A DNA stretch of 53,326 nucleotides, filler included, from Bipalium vagum (taxonomy: Eukaryota): the NCBI GenBank assembly GCA_037834085.1. It is 3 parts of 3 records of this genome, joined end to end, with 100 filler letters (N's around TTAATTAATTAA, not from the genome) between each part and the next. Parts side by side here need not be neighbours in the genome. Positions count along the whole stretch, not along the records: positions 1 to 19,056 come from JBBMKC010012525.1; 2 more parts are not named here. One strand, 5' to 3'. Below are positions 1-14,012 of the stretch, in pieces. The translations under genes and the position numbers were made by a program. Each line of letters opens with the position of its first letter. The stretch's first letter is position 1. The notes beneath the pieces were generated by a model. It saw nothing but the letters and a program-made list of their open reading frames with translations, ran no database searches and was not told where the DNA came from.

Positions 1-134
1 AATTAAATTACTTTGATTAATATGTAAAATTAAATATTTAAATTTAAATCAATTTAATTTATAAGATCACATTTGATACAGATAAACAAATTAAGCTTTA
101 ATTTGTGAAATATAAAAAAAAGTCGTCAAAGTTT

Positions 135-164
135 AGGGGGTGAACTTACTTAATTCGCCTACTG
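135..164. mobile_element. Probable terminal inverted repeat (right end) of a Tc1-like element
   Basis: The reverse complement reads TA|CAGTAGGCGAATTAAGTAAGTTCACCCC, the CAGT-start, TA-flanked pattern of Tc1-type TIRs. The partner end is not in the window. Confidence 0.4.
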
Positions 165-299
165 TATATAAAGAATATCAATTAAGTAGATTTACAAATT
201 TAAAGTGTATTAAATCTTTCATTATTTAGTTTTGTTTAATTGAACTAATCTGACTTGTATGTTGACTTTTAATATTTTAAATTGTAATTTATTCTAACA

Positions 300-520
300 T
301 TAGGTATGAAAATTAATTCCCATCGTTTTTATGTATATAAAGTACTTTATTTAAAGGTAATAAAATGTCAAAATATTTTCCGTTAGCAGCTACACTTTTG
401 ACCAGCTGTCAGGCAAAGAATGGATTCCGCGGTAAAAGAAATCTTGATCATTTGAAAAAATCCATTGATATATCCATCTTTTGACATCTTCATAGGCATT
501 GAAGGCCTTTCCAGGAAGTA
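300..520 (-). mobile_element. Mariner 3' fragment
   Basis: The minus strand encodes WIFSNDQDFFYRGIHSLPDSW..VAANGKYFD (mariner C-terminus, frameshifted). A TTAGGT-type TIR begins at 300. Confidence 0.75.
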
Positions 521-2469
521 TATTTAATTATAACTATATTTATAACTATTACTTTATAATTGAAACTATCACTAAAAAGAACTTATAAACATAAACTTTA
601 ATTTGTATAATTTGTTAACTTGTTCTAAGTCCATAAGAAACTAAATAACTACTAAAATTTATTTATTTCAAAAAATCTGCACTTTCATAAAAATCAATAA
701 TTAAAACAATTTCAATTATTGATTTTACTGAATTATTAAGATTACGTAAAATCTTTATAATTCTTTATAATGTATTTTCCAAGCGTTTTTGAATTAAATA
801 ATTAAGAAAGGGTACTGAAATTTCAAAAAAATTATGCTTCCAATCAATTATTATCATATAAATAAAAATATAATAATGCTCAGTCCTTTCCAAAAGTCTT
901 TTCTAACTAATGTGGGGATGGTTTTTACGATTTAATGTAGAAATTTTAAAACGAATACAAAACCAGACTGTTAATGGCATTGACCTAATTGGTTAATGTT
1001 TGATCTTCCCTCTGCATAGATTCATATGAAATATGACAATGCTCCTTAACATCGATCTGCATCAGCATTATTTTTCTCAGTGAACGTCAAATCGATATAT
1101 AATATTGGCCTGCAAATTCTCTCGATGCCAATCCGATTGAAAATTTATGGCATTTCATAAAGATCAAAATGAATGACTTGCGACCTTTGAAGGCTGATAA
1201 AAATGAGAGGAGTTACAGAAGATATAATATAATTTACTCACTTATGTCGCAGAATTGTTGATTCCATGTTTTATTAACAAAATGAAAGGTAACTCAACAA
1301 AATATTAATAAACTTTAATTTTTATAATTTAAATGGATGCGAACATAATTTTCAAACGACTGTAATTAAATAGATATTTGTTGATGGCCAATTACGTATG
1401 CCGCTAACCCAATCATTTGGGTTATACAAAGTGCACAGTTTTCCTTAAACTAATATTAATTTCTCCAGTGAGTCTGGTAGATACATTTATGATATTTTCT
1501 GAGAATTTCACACACTTTTTAATATGCATCTATGCCATAGTTTTTTTCGTAAAATTGAAGAAATGAAAACCGGGTGTTAAAATGTTATATTAATTTATAA
1601 CAGTATTAACTTTACATTATTCAACAGGGAAAATATTTTAAAAATCTGTTGCTTTGGTTCTGTGATTTATAAAAAATTTCTTTTGTAATTTACATTTAAC
1701 GGAACAAATCCAAAGAATTTAATATTGATAAAAAATAATTAAAAATTTATCACTTTACAAACTTAACGAGATTATTTATTTTATATTATATTTTATATAT
1801 GAAATATTACTTCAATGATTAGTTAACTTTATAAATGAACTTCAGCAGTTCTTCATAATTATGAAAGACATTTTGTGAAGGTTGCAGAAGGATTCTGGGG
1901 AAGCTTTCAAATCTTTAATAATATTTCTTTTTTTTTAATAAAGTATTCATTAATTTGCACAAGTAATAATCAATGTTAACACTTATCAATTTTTGTTAAG
2001 TAAATTTATTTCTTTAATTATATAATAATTATTTTTCACAATATTATAACAAGATTATGATCAATGTTGTAAATTACATCTACTGACAGACAAAATACTT
2101 GAGTCCTGTTGGGGATTTCTCCAAAATTTAATTAATTCTAGATTATTTTTAATTAATATAAGTATTTGTTTGGTTAACTTTTGTAATAAACATTGCAAAT
2201 TTTAAGTACATAGTCTTATGCAATTTACCAGATTTTTAAATGACTTAGAAGGACTGTCAATATACCTTTATACAAATAGGACATGGAGTTATTAAATTGA
2301 GTTAATATGCAGCTTATGAAGGTTAGCTATACTTTCTGTGTAATAATCACAATTAAGTTATGGTAACAGTATTATACCGTAAAGTATGAAATGTATACTT
2401 TGATTTGGTCATTCTTCAAATTGATTATCTCTGCGGCTTTTTATTATAAATTAATAGTTCTTGTCTTAA

Positions 2470-3582
2470 TATTTTGTCCGAACCACAATTAATAAGGTAA
2501 GACATGAAATTGTATTTCACATATACAATTGTAAATTGTAAATTATGGTTCATACATAATGGTAAAATAGAAAATTCGCGTTAAAGTGGATTTATAATGT
2601 AGTTCCATATTATATCCAGTACAGTGCAAACCAACCAGAAAGTGAAAGATGTGTTTGGCGATAGTGTACCTAATCAAAGCTTCATCGATTGTTGGTTCAC
2701 AAAATTCAAATCTGGTGATTTTCACTTGGAAAATTAGCACAAAAATAGACCTATAACCAAAGTTAATAGTGCCAAATAAGAACTTATAGTGAATAGGTAC
2801 ACATCTCAGTATACAAGTGATCTTGTACCAATGTCTCATGTGTATTCCAACTATTTTAGAACATTTAAAATAAATAAGTAAAATAAAAAATCCAAATTGA
2901 TGGATTCTATATGGAATTACGGAAATCCATAAATTCTCTCAAGTAATAAGAGTGGTCTATTTTTGTATTTTATTGTTACATGTGACGAAAAATGAATTCT
3001 ATATGACAATCGTAAGCGATCTACACACTGGTTAGATGCCTGTAAATCTCTTAAATATTGTAAAATTCAAAAATTGATCAAATGTTGATGGTGGACAAAT
3101 GGTAGGTTGATACACTACAGGTTTTTGAAACACGGTCAATTAATCCCACTAGAAGTCTACTGAATTCAATTGGAAGAAATAATGGAGAATCTTGAAAAAT
3201 ATCGGCCAAGAAAGATAGGATAAAAATCTTTAAGACTCAATTAAGAATTCTGGAAATTAATTTAGAAACCATTGATCATTCTCCTAATTCCTCAGACTTT
3301 TCACCTACCGAATACCACTTTTCCTTAATGTGGAAAAATTCTTATAAGTAAAAATTTCTAATCTCAAGAGATTATCCAAAGTGCCTTTAAGTTTATCATT
3401 AATTCTCTGAAATCTGACTTTTTAATACAGACATCGTCAATTCTTCGATGAGATGGCAGAAGTGCATCCTTCCTAAAAGTGTTTACCTTGATTAATTCCA
3501 TTATTCCTTGTAGAGATTTGTTTGATAATAAGTCTAAGCATTTTATACTTTATGATATAATCATTCATTGGACCCAAGAATA
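2470..3582 (+). mobile_element. Degenerate mariner element
   Basis: Motifs occur in order with many stops and frameshifts: VFGDSVP..WFTKFKSGDFSLE, VTCDEK*ILYDNRKRSTHWLD, HSPNSSDFSPTEYHF, RWQKCI. Confidence 0.85.
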
Positions 3583-6216
3583 TTTAAGACTTTATATATT
3601 TACTGGCAGGAATCTCATGAACTTTTAATGTTGCTTTCAATTAATTTTGAACATGATATTAATTAATTAATCATAGTTAATTCAAAATCATAGAGATTTT
3701 CCAACAAGTAATTGTTAAAATCGTTAAATCTTTTAAATTTGAGATGAATTCCTCTAAAATAAAAATTCCTTAAATAAATAAATTAATTTTTAATAATTGT
3801 TATAATTAAAAATAGAACAGCAATCCATTCATTGTTACTGAAAACAGAACTATTTCATCAAACATATTTTAGATAATAAAAAATTTTAAAAAATATTTTG
3901 TTTTATTAATTGTATTTTAATTAAACTTAAACTTTTAAATATCAATAAAAATATAAAGAGAAATGTTATTTGTACATTATCCGTCAAAAGCACTTTCCCA
4001 TTAGGCCTATTTGATGTATATGAAACGCTTGTGATTATCATTTGATAATATAATAAAATAAAATTTATTATGAAAGTAATAAACAATGGAATTTGTTTTA
4101 AAATATCAATAAATTTATAAAAATATGAAACAAAAGATTTTTTAGGTATTTATTATCGATTATTTACATGAAAATTGTTACGGTTAATTTAGGCATTGGT
4201 AATAAATTTCATATTTGTAATCATGTTACGTCAAATACTAACTCAAGATTTATTATTATTTAATATATTAATTATAATTTTATTTTACAATTTATTGTCA
4301 CCATACACCAAGCACGACAAAGTTATTGTGTTACTGTGAGTATGCAATAATTATGATAATAATAATAATATAAAAGCTCTATTATCTTTTCCCATAGATT
4401 TGATTTTTCGTTTAATTTTTTATTTAATCGAATTAGCTGATTTCTGATAATAATTTTGATAAAAAACATTTCCTGGAATTTAGATGGCGCGCTCATTAAC
4501 AATAATTTGTACTGACTGTAATTTGTCAGATTAAAATCTGATCTCATGAACTGTGGAGATCGCGTTGAAAATAAAAATATAATTTACCCCTTTCGTAAAA
4601 ATATTTAAATTGAATTTCAATAACAAATGTGATTTTTGCATTTTGAAGGACATTTTTAAATTATTTTGCCAACAATTATTAATATTGAAATTCTATTGGT
4701 AAATAAATTTAAATTAATAATGTTTAATTAATTAAAAAAATATTTTGTAAACTATTTTTTTGATACAGTAAATGTTTTTCTAAAACAATACTAAATCTTC
4801 GTCAATAAATCTCTTGTTAAGACCCCATCTTAAGTCAACCAAGTTTTGCAGTCTTAACAGACTTAGTTTTTCATGTCCTGCTGAAATGTTACTTTATTTC
4901 TATTGGCCAAACGTGAACATTTTCTTTTTAAGAACTGGCTTCAGATTATATAATTTTACAAAGTATTTTTTTAGAACTTTTTGTTTGGTTCATAAAAATA
5001 AATTCTTCATCAACAATTCAAAAAAGCATCTTTCTGGTGTAAATCTACTTTGGAGCTGTCACCGGCACCTCCAATGCAGTTTTCGATGGTCTACCAAAGA
5101 TTTCTGTACTATTTTTAAAAAAAATTAAATTTCTTTCACCTGTGGTATATTTTATATTAAAATGACTTAGAATTGTCTGTCTTGTTAAAAGGAACTTATT
5201 TTCAACTGGTGATTTGAAATTATATTATTGATTCTGATATTATAAAATATAGTCGTTTTATCAATAAGTTCTTTTTAAAGCTCATCTACAACTCGATATT
5301 TTGTAGATCGTAATGGAACTTTGTTTCTTTAACTGCGTCCTTTTCGTGAGTGTAAGGAATTTGGCTTTATGACTTCAGAAATTGTCGATAACGAAACAGT
5401 AACTAACAGTAAGTACTGAACATTTTTATTTTTTCTTTTTTAAATTAATGAAGAATAATACCATAATCTTTATTCGTTATTTCTAGCATTCAAATAAATT
5501 ATAGGTCTTGTACGATATTTTAAAAATATTCTCTACAAAAGAGGATATATTATAATAAATTCTAACAGTAATCAAAAAATTGGAAATATTTCATATTGAT
5601 AATTATTTGTGAATTACGAAATTAAGACTGCGTTAATCAATCAATTAAATATTGAGAAGTGTGCACTATATTTGGGATGAAACATTTCCAAGAAACATTT
5701 CCAAAAATAAAATTCAAATCAAAATATAAATAATCAATATTTTATCAATTAGGGAATTAGTTTCAAGAGAAATTGATTTTATGTAAAGTAAAATAACTCG
5801 GTTAAAGTAATATCTTTAATATATCAATGAAAAATTGAATTTTCATTATTTATTTATTAATTTTTGAATTATAATAATACATAATTTTTCATTAAAATAT
5901 TCTCTTTCAGTGGTCAAGTAAATGGGGTGCTCGGAAAGTTTGTGGAATTGGGTACTTTAAGTGATATCCATATTTTATAACTGATGTAATCACAAATACA
6001 GTTCACCCAAGAAGAAGTCTTAAAGATATTTTCAATTTTCAATTTAAAGATCGGTAAGGAAGACTTAATTTGTCCAACGAAGTTTAACTGCTTTTTGTAT
6101 ATCTAAATGTGCAAAATTTATTTTTATGCTACTGAAACGAATCAATAATTTTATTGATGTTCGCAAAAGATTTAATTAGAAGTATAAAAAAATTTTCTGC
6201 TTTAATTTAAGTAATA

Positions 6217-7324
6217 TTAGGTTGTCCCATAAGTAATTGTACTTTTTTAAATCTCTCTATATATTGCTATTAGCGATTGTTTTTGCAATTCTTTTGATTT
6301 AGTTATTGATCTTAATATTATCATAATCAATGTTAACTATTTTTGTTTTAGATATTTTAACTAATGGCGGAAATATTAGCAGGAGATCGACATGCGTTGC
6401 GAGCATGTATATTATATGAATTTCTACAGGAACGTAAAGCTAGTGATGCTCATCGAAATTTGTGCACTTATCGAGGAACCCATGGCAAGTGTAAAGAAAC
6501 TTGCTTCAACACTCGATCTAGCAAAAACTATTATCCATCGTCATCTGAGGAACTCAGGAAGAAGGCCAAAATTTGGTAAGTTATACCTCATGAACTGACC
6601 GATCAGCAAAAATTGAACCGTTGTGCCATATCAATCTCATTGCTCTCTCGCAGACGGACGTTTTCTTGGATTGACAAAATTATTATAGTGATGAAAAATG
6701 GGTTACGTACGATAACCCCACCAAGAAACGACAATAGGTTGAATCCGGCGAAAACCCAAAAAAGATTCTGAAACATGAAATCCATGGTAAAAAGGTGTTG
6801 CTGTCAGTTTGGTGGGATTCAAAGGGAATAATTTATCTTGAGCTGCTTCCTGATAATACCACAGTTACTGCTAATGTATACTGTGAACAATTGCAGGAAA
6901 TGATAGCCGCTTATTGAAGTCTGCGTCCAAATGCTGATCACGTAATATTGTTGCATGATGACGCCCGTCCTCACAGTGCAAAACTGATTCGAGAAAAACT
7001 GAGAGAGTTGGATGTCGAAATCTTGCCACATCCTGCATATAATCCCGACCTTGCTCCAATCGATTTTCACTTATTCAGGTCCCTGCAACATCATTTGGAT
7101 GGTAGGCGTTACATAAATCGGAACAATCTTCTCACTGACCTCAAGCCTTCTTCAGTAGCCAGCCTCCAGAATTCTAAAAGCGTGGATTCGTCCAATTAAC
7201 AGAACGTTGGCAAGAAGTTATTAGATATAAAGAAGAATATATTGATTTATAAAGTTTTGTTTTTAATAAATTTTGTAAATAAAGTTTTATTAAGAAAAGT
7301 ACAATTACTTATGGAAAAACCTAA
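6217..7324 (+). mobile_element. Mariner (DD34D) element with both TIRs; internally deleted, transposase pseudogene
   Basis: 30-bp TIRs TTAGGTTGTCCCATAAGTAATTGTACTTTT (2 mismatches between ends), with TA on both sides. Motifs IPHELT, DEKWVTYDN, KKVLLSVWWD, LLHDDARPH, HPAYNPDLAPIDFHLF. Confidence 0.95.
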
Positions 7325-7379
7325 TAACTTTATAATTTTGGAAATATTTTACTAGAACAGATAAAAAGTCTTTAGCATC

Positions 7380-7892
7380 AAAATGAAAAAAAAATCTTTC
7401 AAAGTAATCGCCCTGATTTTGAGTACAGTGACCCATCATGTCCTCCAATTTACAGTAGACTTTTTATCAGAAGGAATTGTATCAAAGAAAATATGAGCAG
7501 CATTATCCAATTCTTCTGCAGCAAAACTTTTCAGATTTTAGAATTGCCAAAAATCACAAGGAGCAACATATGGACTGTAAGGTTGGTGTGGAAGCATCTC
7601 TAATACCCATACCAGTGAGTCTATCATACTGTGGGTCTTCTTTGACCAAATTTCAAGCTGCGATCACATTTTTATCCAAAGTAACTTCTGTTGGGCTACT
7701 AGATCACGGAAGATTATCAAAGAAAGTTCTACCTATTCGAAATTAACGAAACCAATTCGTAACTGAACAATAATTAACAGCGTTTGTCCCAAATGCTATT
7801 AATCTCGTTGGTTGTGTATATTGCGGAAGCCATAGCCAATTATTTCACTAATATTCCTGAAATTAAACATCATACTTTCTTCGTTCATCCAT
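7380..7892 (-). mobile_element. Internally deleted mariner
   Basis: The minus strand has N-terminal AFGTNAVNYCSVTNWFR*FRIGR..LVKEDP joined directly to LEMLPHQPYSPYVAPCDFW and the terminal GDYFE. Confidence 0.8.
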
Positions 7893-8483
7893 AAATTTTA
7901 TTCATTATTATTAGTAAAATATTCAGCATAGAAATTTTTTAAATTTATCTTTTATTTTTTAAATTAATTGATTATTTAACATAGATATTATATCATTAAA
8001 AAATCGTGTTGTCTTCAGCGCTAAAGAATTTTCATCTGTATTAATATAAATAAATTGAATTGCTATTTCTGACCCTTACAGTTTCCATAATCACAAAATT
8101 GAAATTAATTTTAAAAAATAAAATTTTAGTTTAAAAATTTAATGTGAATAAATATTAAAAAAATACCCATTCAAAAAATTAAAATATATAGAACAAAATA
8201 TTCTTTGGTGCCATGAAAAATGAGTGTTTTAATTGAAGCGTTGTTTAAATAACCAATCAGTTTAAATTAAATATTAATTAATAATAATCGACAAACAATT
8301 TTATAATTGACTGTGGATTGGCACCCAATCATTCATATTTCATTAAAAATAAAACAAAATCAAATTTCTGTTTTAAATACCCAAGGACGTCTGTGTGACA
8401 ATATTGTTTATAGGAACTGAGCTCTCACAAACTGTAACAGGTTATCAAAGATTGCACTATTTATTATTTAAATGATGATGTGT

Positions 8484-9382
8484 CAACTACTGGTCAAAAG
8501 TTTGGAAATACCTCAAGAACAAATGAAATTTGAAGATTCCAGTCTTACACAACTGGTTTTATTTTTTTTTAAATAATTTGATGTATTTATTATTATTAAT
8601 TTAAAATACTTTCTATTAAGATTACATTAACACTATTTTTACATACAAAATCCCAATAATTAATTTTCTTTGATGTAAGCACATTTTTTGATGACGGCGA
8701 CATTTTAGGTAATGTTTCCACATTTTATGTAGTTTTTGTACACTTATATTGTTCCAAGCATCATTCAAGGAAGTTCACTTATCTCCTTGCCTTTTTGTTT
8801 CCATATTTCTTACTTGACAGTCAAACTCATCCAAAAATAACTGGATAGGACTAAAATCTGGCGATTGAAGCGGCCATTTCAACATTTGAAATATTCCATC
8901 TTTTTTGTTAAATAATTATAATACAGCTTAGAAGTGAGTTTGGGGTCGTTGTCATGTTGAAAAGTAAGACTGTGGTCAATTAATTCAATGCCAGATGGGA
9001 TTGCGTATTGCTGAAGAATGCAATGATATCTATTTCCTTATGATGTCAATTTTCACTAACATGCGAACTCAATCATAAGCAAAAAAAACCCCATACCGTT
9101 ACTGAACCACCCCTATGTTTCAATGTAGGTAAAATACATCGGGGTTTATATCGTTCATTAACTTTTCTTCGAAAAAATTATCGACGATGACTTCAAAATA
9201 TAAATTTTAAATCGAAATTTTAACAGGACCTTAACAAAAATATTTTGATTTATAGTTAAATAACATAGAAACAATAAATACAAAAAGATTTGAGTAAAAA
9301 GATTTTAAATATCCTAGACATGACATTAATCTTGATTTTTCATTTTTTGTTAGGGGTTTCCAAACTTTTGACCAATAGACTG
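8484..9382 (-). mobile_element. Tc1-like (DD34E-type) element, internally deleted
   Basis: Inverted ends share CTAYTGGTCAAAAGTTTGGAAA. Minus-strand motifs PTLKHRGGSVTVWG, FQHDNDPKLTS and KWPLQSPDFSPI. Confidence 0.9.
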
Positions 9383-10329
9383 TAAATCCAATTTTTTGAT
9401 TTTGTTCATAAGGGAAAAAATATTATTATTAAAAATGTTGACAGATGATGTGATTTTGAATATTTCACCTTATCCTTTTGAAAATCAACAAAGCAGTCAT
9501 CTTTAACTGGTTTCTAAACATGGTAAAAATTGTCTCGGATAAAAAAGTTGATAAAAGTTTTTGACTCTAAAGAATAGCAAATTGTAGTTGAACTCAGCTT
9601 AAATTTTGAAATGTTATTGATTGATTAATATTTAAGGATGATCAAAAAGATTGGTTATCCGTTAATACAAAGAAATATAAGGACTCCGATATTTATACAG
9701 TAATTAATCCATAGGGACTTTTACCGAGGAATAGTATATTAGAGAAAATATTATGGGACCTTTTTAAACCTTGTTCGAAGAGATTGTACTTGCCCAGCTT
9801 ATAAGAAAGGTTATTTTCAGCTGTTGCATTCCATATGAAATCGTATGTAATAGGCTAATATTAAATTGAGAAAATTGGGATTAATTTATTTTCCGTTTGA
9901 AAATATTCACAATTTCCATTGTTATAATTGGTTATAATTCTCCCGTGCATAAAATAAAAATGTACGATAATATGATTAGAATTATCCTTGTTCTATTTTT
10001 TACATAATCTGTTGATTATTATATTATCGCATGTTTCATAAAATGTCAGAAAAAATAATTTGAATAATTACAATATTTTTCGAAAATAAAATTTCATATT
10101 TTGTTTTCACTTGCTTAATTATTTATTTATACTTTTATGTGATATGATGCAAAAATACGTTTTCAAAAATAATTTTAACTGATTTTTATAATAGATTGAT
10201 GGAAAATAACTGCTTTGTAAAGATAGCAAAATAATAATCGGACACATTTATAATGCACGCCTTGTATTAATCAAAGTTATGGAAATTATATTGCGTTAAA
10301 TACAGCTGTATATGATTTTATTGAACATG

Positions 10330-10958
10330 CAGTAGAGGCGGAATTAATCGGGACACGATAATTTTCGTAACATCTTATTACATTTACAAATAAAATCAAT
10401 ATTATTTACATACAACAAGCAGATATATGTGTAATAAGGCATTTGATAATGTTAATAAGAATTATATTGATCTTTACGTCTCATTAAAGCTTATATGCAA
10501 TAATATCTATCAACTTTTTACAAAAAATCTTAAATTTCAGGATCTGAACTTCAGACTTTGAGAACAAAAGTTAATAATTCGTTTTTTGTTTTTGGATTAA
10601 GATTACAGACCTTTTTCTTAAGAATGGACAACATATTCTCGATGGGATTCATTTCAGGCAATGATACAGCCACAAGTAAAAGAGTTTTTATTTTTATGAA
10701 GATGTATCATTGTAGTTTTTGCAGTATGACAGGGTGCGCCTTCTTATTGATAGATACCAATACTAATCTATCTACTATACGATACTATACCAATCTTTAA
10801 CTTGATCAATTAATCGATAGTTTATTATATTTTCGGCATACTTTTTAAAATTACAATAACTTAAACAAACAATAAATATAAACAAATATTGAAATACCAA
10901 AAAAGAAATAATAAAAACCAATTTAATTACAGTGTCCCGATTAATTTCGCCTCTACTG
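10330..10958 (-). mobile_element. Short non-autonomous Tc1-like element with 27-bp TIRs
   Basis: TIR CAGTAGAGGCGRAATTAATCGGGACAC (1 mismatch between ends). Minus-strand remnant Q*EGAPCHTAKTT...PEMNPIENMLSILKKKV. Confidence 0.85.
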
Positions 10959-11429
10959 TATATGAGTTATTGGAAATTTATTATTTTAAAAAATTATATA
11001 TTACCGGAATGTTAATTATGTAAATAAACCAAATTTTAAACATCGAATGATAAGGTCATTCAATTTGCATCATTATTTATTTTGAATAATTTTAATCTCT
11101 GAGAATGATGGTAAACAAGAAATAATAATATTATTTTCCCAATTTTATTATAATTATTATTAAGGGTGCTAACGATAATGGGAATTTTTATTTCTAAAAT
11201 CATATAGTCAATCCCATAAAGTTTATCATGTTTCAAGTCTGCCATTTTCTGGAGTTAGGTAACAGCTTTTTATTGAAATGTCTTCAAATTGTTTTGTTTA
11301 TGTAATATTTTGGCAAAGTGCCATTTCTGAAATTCTTCATTTTTTAAAGTTTTCTTTTCTTTGTAAAAAAGTACGAGACAAACTTTAGAGGGTTGACTGT
11401 ACTTACAATATTATTCATGTCAATAGAGA

Positions 11430-11560
11430 GTAGGAATAATTCTGTTACATGGTAATGTCAGACCAACGTGTGAAAGAATACATTGCAAAAGCTGATCGAC
11501 CTAAACATTGAAACTTTGCAATATCCTCCATATTCGCTCGACTTAACTCGGATAGATTCT
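11430..11560 (+). mobile_element. Mariner catalytic-domain fragment
   Basis: GIILLHGNVRP...LNIETLQYPPYSLDL resembles LLHDNARP...HPPYSPDL. Confidence 0.65.
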
Positions 11561-12559
11561 GAATATAGTTTCTCATTGGCGAAAATATTTAGAATCCAAT
11601 GATTATTATTTCAATAAAATAGAATTTGATTTATCTAACTTTAATGATTTTATTGCTTATTATGTAATCTGACATTTCACATGTTACAACATAATTTAAT
11701 AGAGTGACTTTATAAACAATATTATAACATGTATATAATTTAAATAATAATATAATTTAATACTATTTTTTTGTTACCTGGTTTATATGAGCAAAACGCA
11801 AAAGAGTATTATTGAATATTCATTAGTTATATTAATCAAAAAATTAATTAAAGAAAAATGATATGCAATCCTAACTTTTTCCTGTTTTTCTTTATTGAGA
11901 GGAAATTAATATTAGAATTTCTTATCTAGCAAATAAAATATGAAAAATGAGCATTTTTGTACAATTATTTTATATCTGTGAGGTACTTATTGTTATGGAA
12001 GCAAAGAGTAAAATAATAAAGTTAAAGGATTAAATATTATAGCAATGAACAGGAATTAATAATGGAATTAATTATAAAAAGTTATTATCACTAATTAACT
12101 CATTCGCAGTCTTTATTTCTTTTAAGAGTTTTGTTTTGTTTCTAAAAAAAAGTTATATATACAAAAATTTCGTTGGTTTTCCTCCATATCATACATTTCT
12201 ATAAATCTTTTTCAATACTTTCTTATAGACCCTGTACTTTGTTTATAATGCTCACTGCTACCATTTTTTCCTTGAAGGGTTTTACAGATATAATATTTGT
12301 ACAGTTTTGAGAAAATTAGTTTCTTTATAAATGAAATATTCACTTTCATATCAAAAATTAGCAAATATAATTCCAAATAATTATATATTTTAAAAATATA
12401 TATTTTTAAACGGAGCTTCTATTAATAATAAATACTGGAATAATTGGAAAGGTCGTCAAAGAAAACTTAAGAAATCATTTTTATTGTTCAAAAATAATTT
12501 TCATGAAATTATTCTCCCTAAAACTCAATGCAATTTTCCTGTCTTTCTCCAATTTATTG

Positions 12560-13550
12560 ATCCTATCTCAAAAATGACTTCCCGAAAGCCCTTCAAAATA
12601 TTTAATGACAGCTGCTATAATTACATGATTTGATGAAAACAACTTTCCACGTAGAAAATGTTTTTTAAAAACATATGGAAATCAAACGGTGCCAGATCTA
12701 ATGAATATGATAATTCCTTCAATGTGACGATTGCAAAAAGTCATTTGTGAGCTGGAGCATTGTCTTGATGAAAATTGATTTTTTTCTTGAATAAGCCGTT
12801 TTTTTTCACGAATCTGTTTCTAACTGATCCTAGAGGCATGCATAATATTCAACTGAAGTTTTATTACCGGTTTTAGATAATAAATTAACACAAGGTCGTC
12901 AGGATTCCAAAAAACCGATCCCATAACCTTTTTCGACTATTTCTGGTCGAACTGAGTTCACTCTACAGTCTCAAAAGTAAATAAACAACCCGATAAATTC
13001 GGATTTCATCAACTGCTCCAAAGCAATGTTTCCATTCCGTTTTAATCTTTAGGAAAAGAGCCAAATGCTGGATAGATAATTTTACTCGAATTTTTAAAAA
13101 AAATATAACAAATGCGGCACTTATTTTGCAAATGTTTATGAAGTCTAATTTCTAAACCAAAGTGTGGAGCACACGATTAATAGAGATCTATGGAATTAAC
13201 AATATTTTGAGATATTACACTTACGATTCGCCTGTACGACAAATATCTTCAATGCTTTCAAACTCACGTTGAAACACCAGAGCTCACATTCAAACCATCA
13301 CCTATAACTTTTACAGTTTAATTATGAATTTGCATGATTTGAAACCTTATAAAACAAAGTAAATTGATAACAGAACTCGAATTTTTCCATTTGAAAAGCA
13401 CTTCAACTTTAAATCTCATTAAATAAAAATCAATGTTATACCAATGCTCTTGATATTTTCTGAGTTTATCTGAATAATAGATTTTAAAACTACATATAAT
13501 TTATAGTTATCAAGATTCCAGTTAACTGGAAGCCAAAACTTCTTGATATT
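12560..13550 (-). mobile_element. Degenerate mariner
   Basis: Minus-strand VMGSVFWN, FHQDNAPAHK and YSLDLAPFDFHMF occur in the correct order. Confidence 0.75.
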
Positions 13551-13689
13551 ATATTTTTGAGTCATTGCAAAAAGTCAATTTTTAAATTCTGTATTACCAA
13601 CAAGAATCAAAACGTGATAGCTAATGATTTATATTAAAACGAATCATACTGTTTAAGTGATATTATCAGGTATTATTTAAAACAAGAAT

Positions 13690-14012
13690 ATAAATTAAAT
13701 ACATTTACGTTATGTAATGTTATATGAATTTTATAAGGTCATAAGTGTTGGAATTACTTATAAAAACCTTCATGACGTATATTTGCATGGCGGTCTTTGT
13801 CTAAGGAATATCAAGAAAGGGTTGGAGGATTATTCTCTTTCTGCAAGATCTTTAGCAATTAAAGATGACATGATGGTGCCATGTTAGAAACAAATTCAAT
13901 AATTTCAACAGATGAGATTGCTATTAGCATTGGTTTAAATATTTCGACCGCATTTCGTCATTTAAGGAGCCAGAATAAGTTTCTAAATTCGATTGATGGG
14001 TACCGCATACGA
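13690..14012 (+). mobile_element. Mariner N-terminal fragment
   Basis: HTH-like remnant (IAISIGLNISTAFRHL) ending in the WVPH linker motif. Confidence 0.5.
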
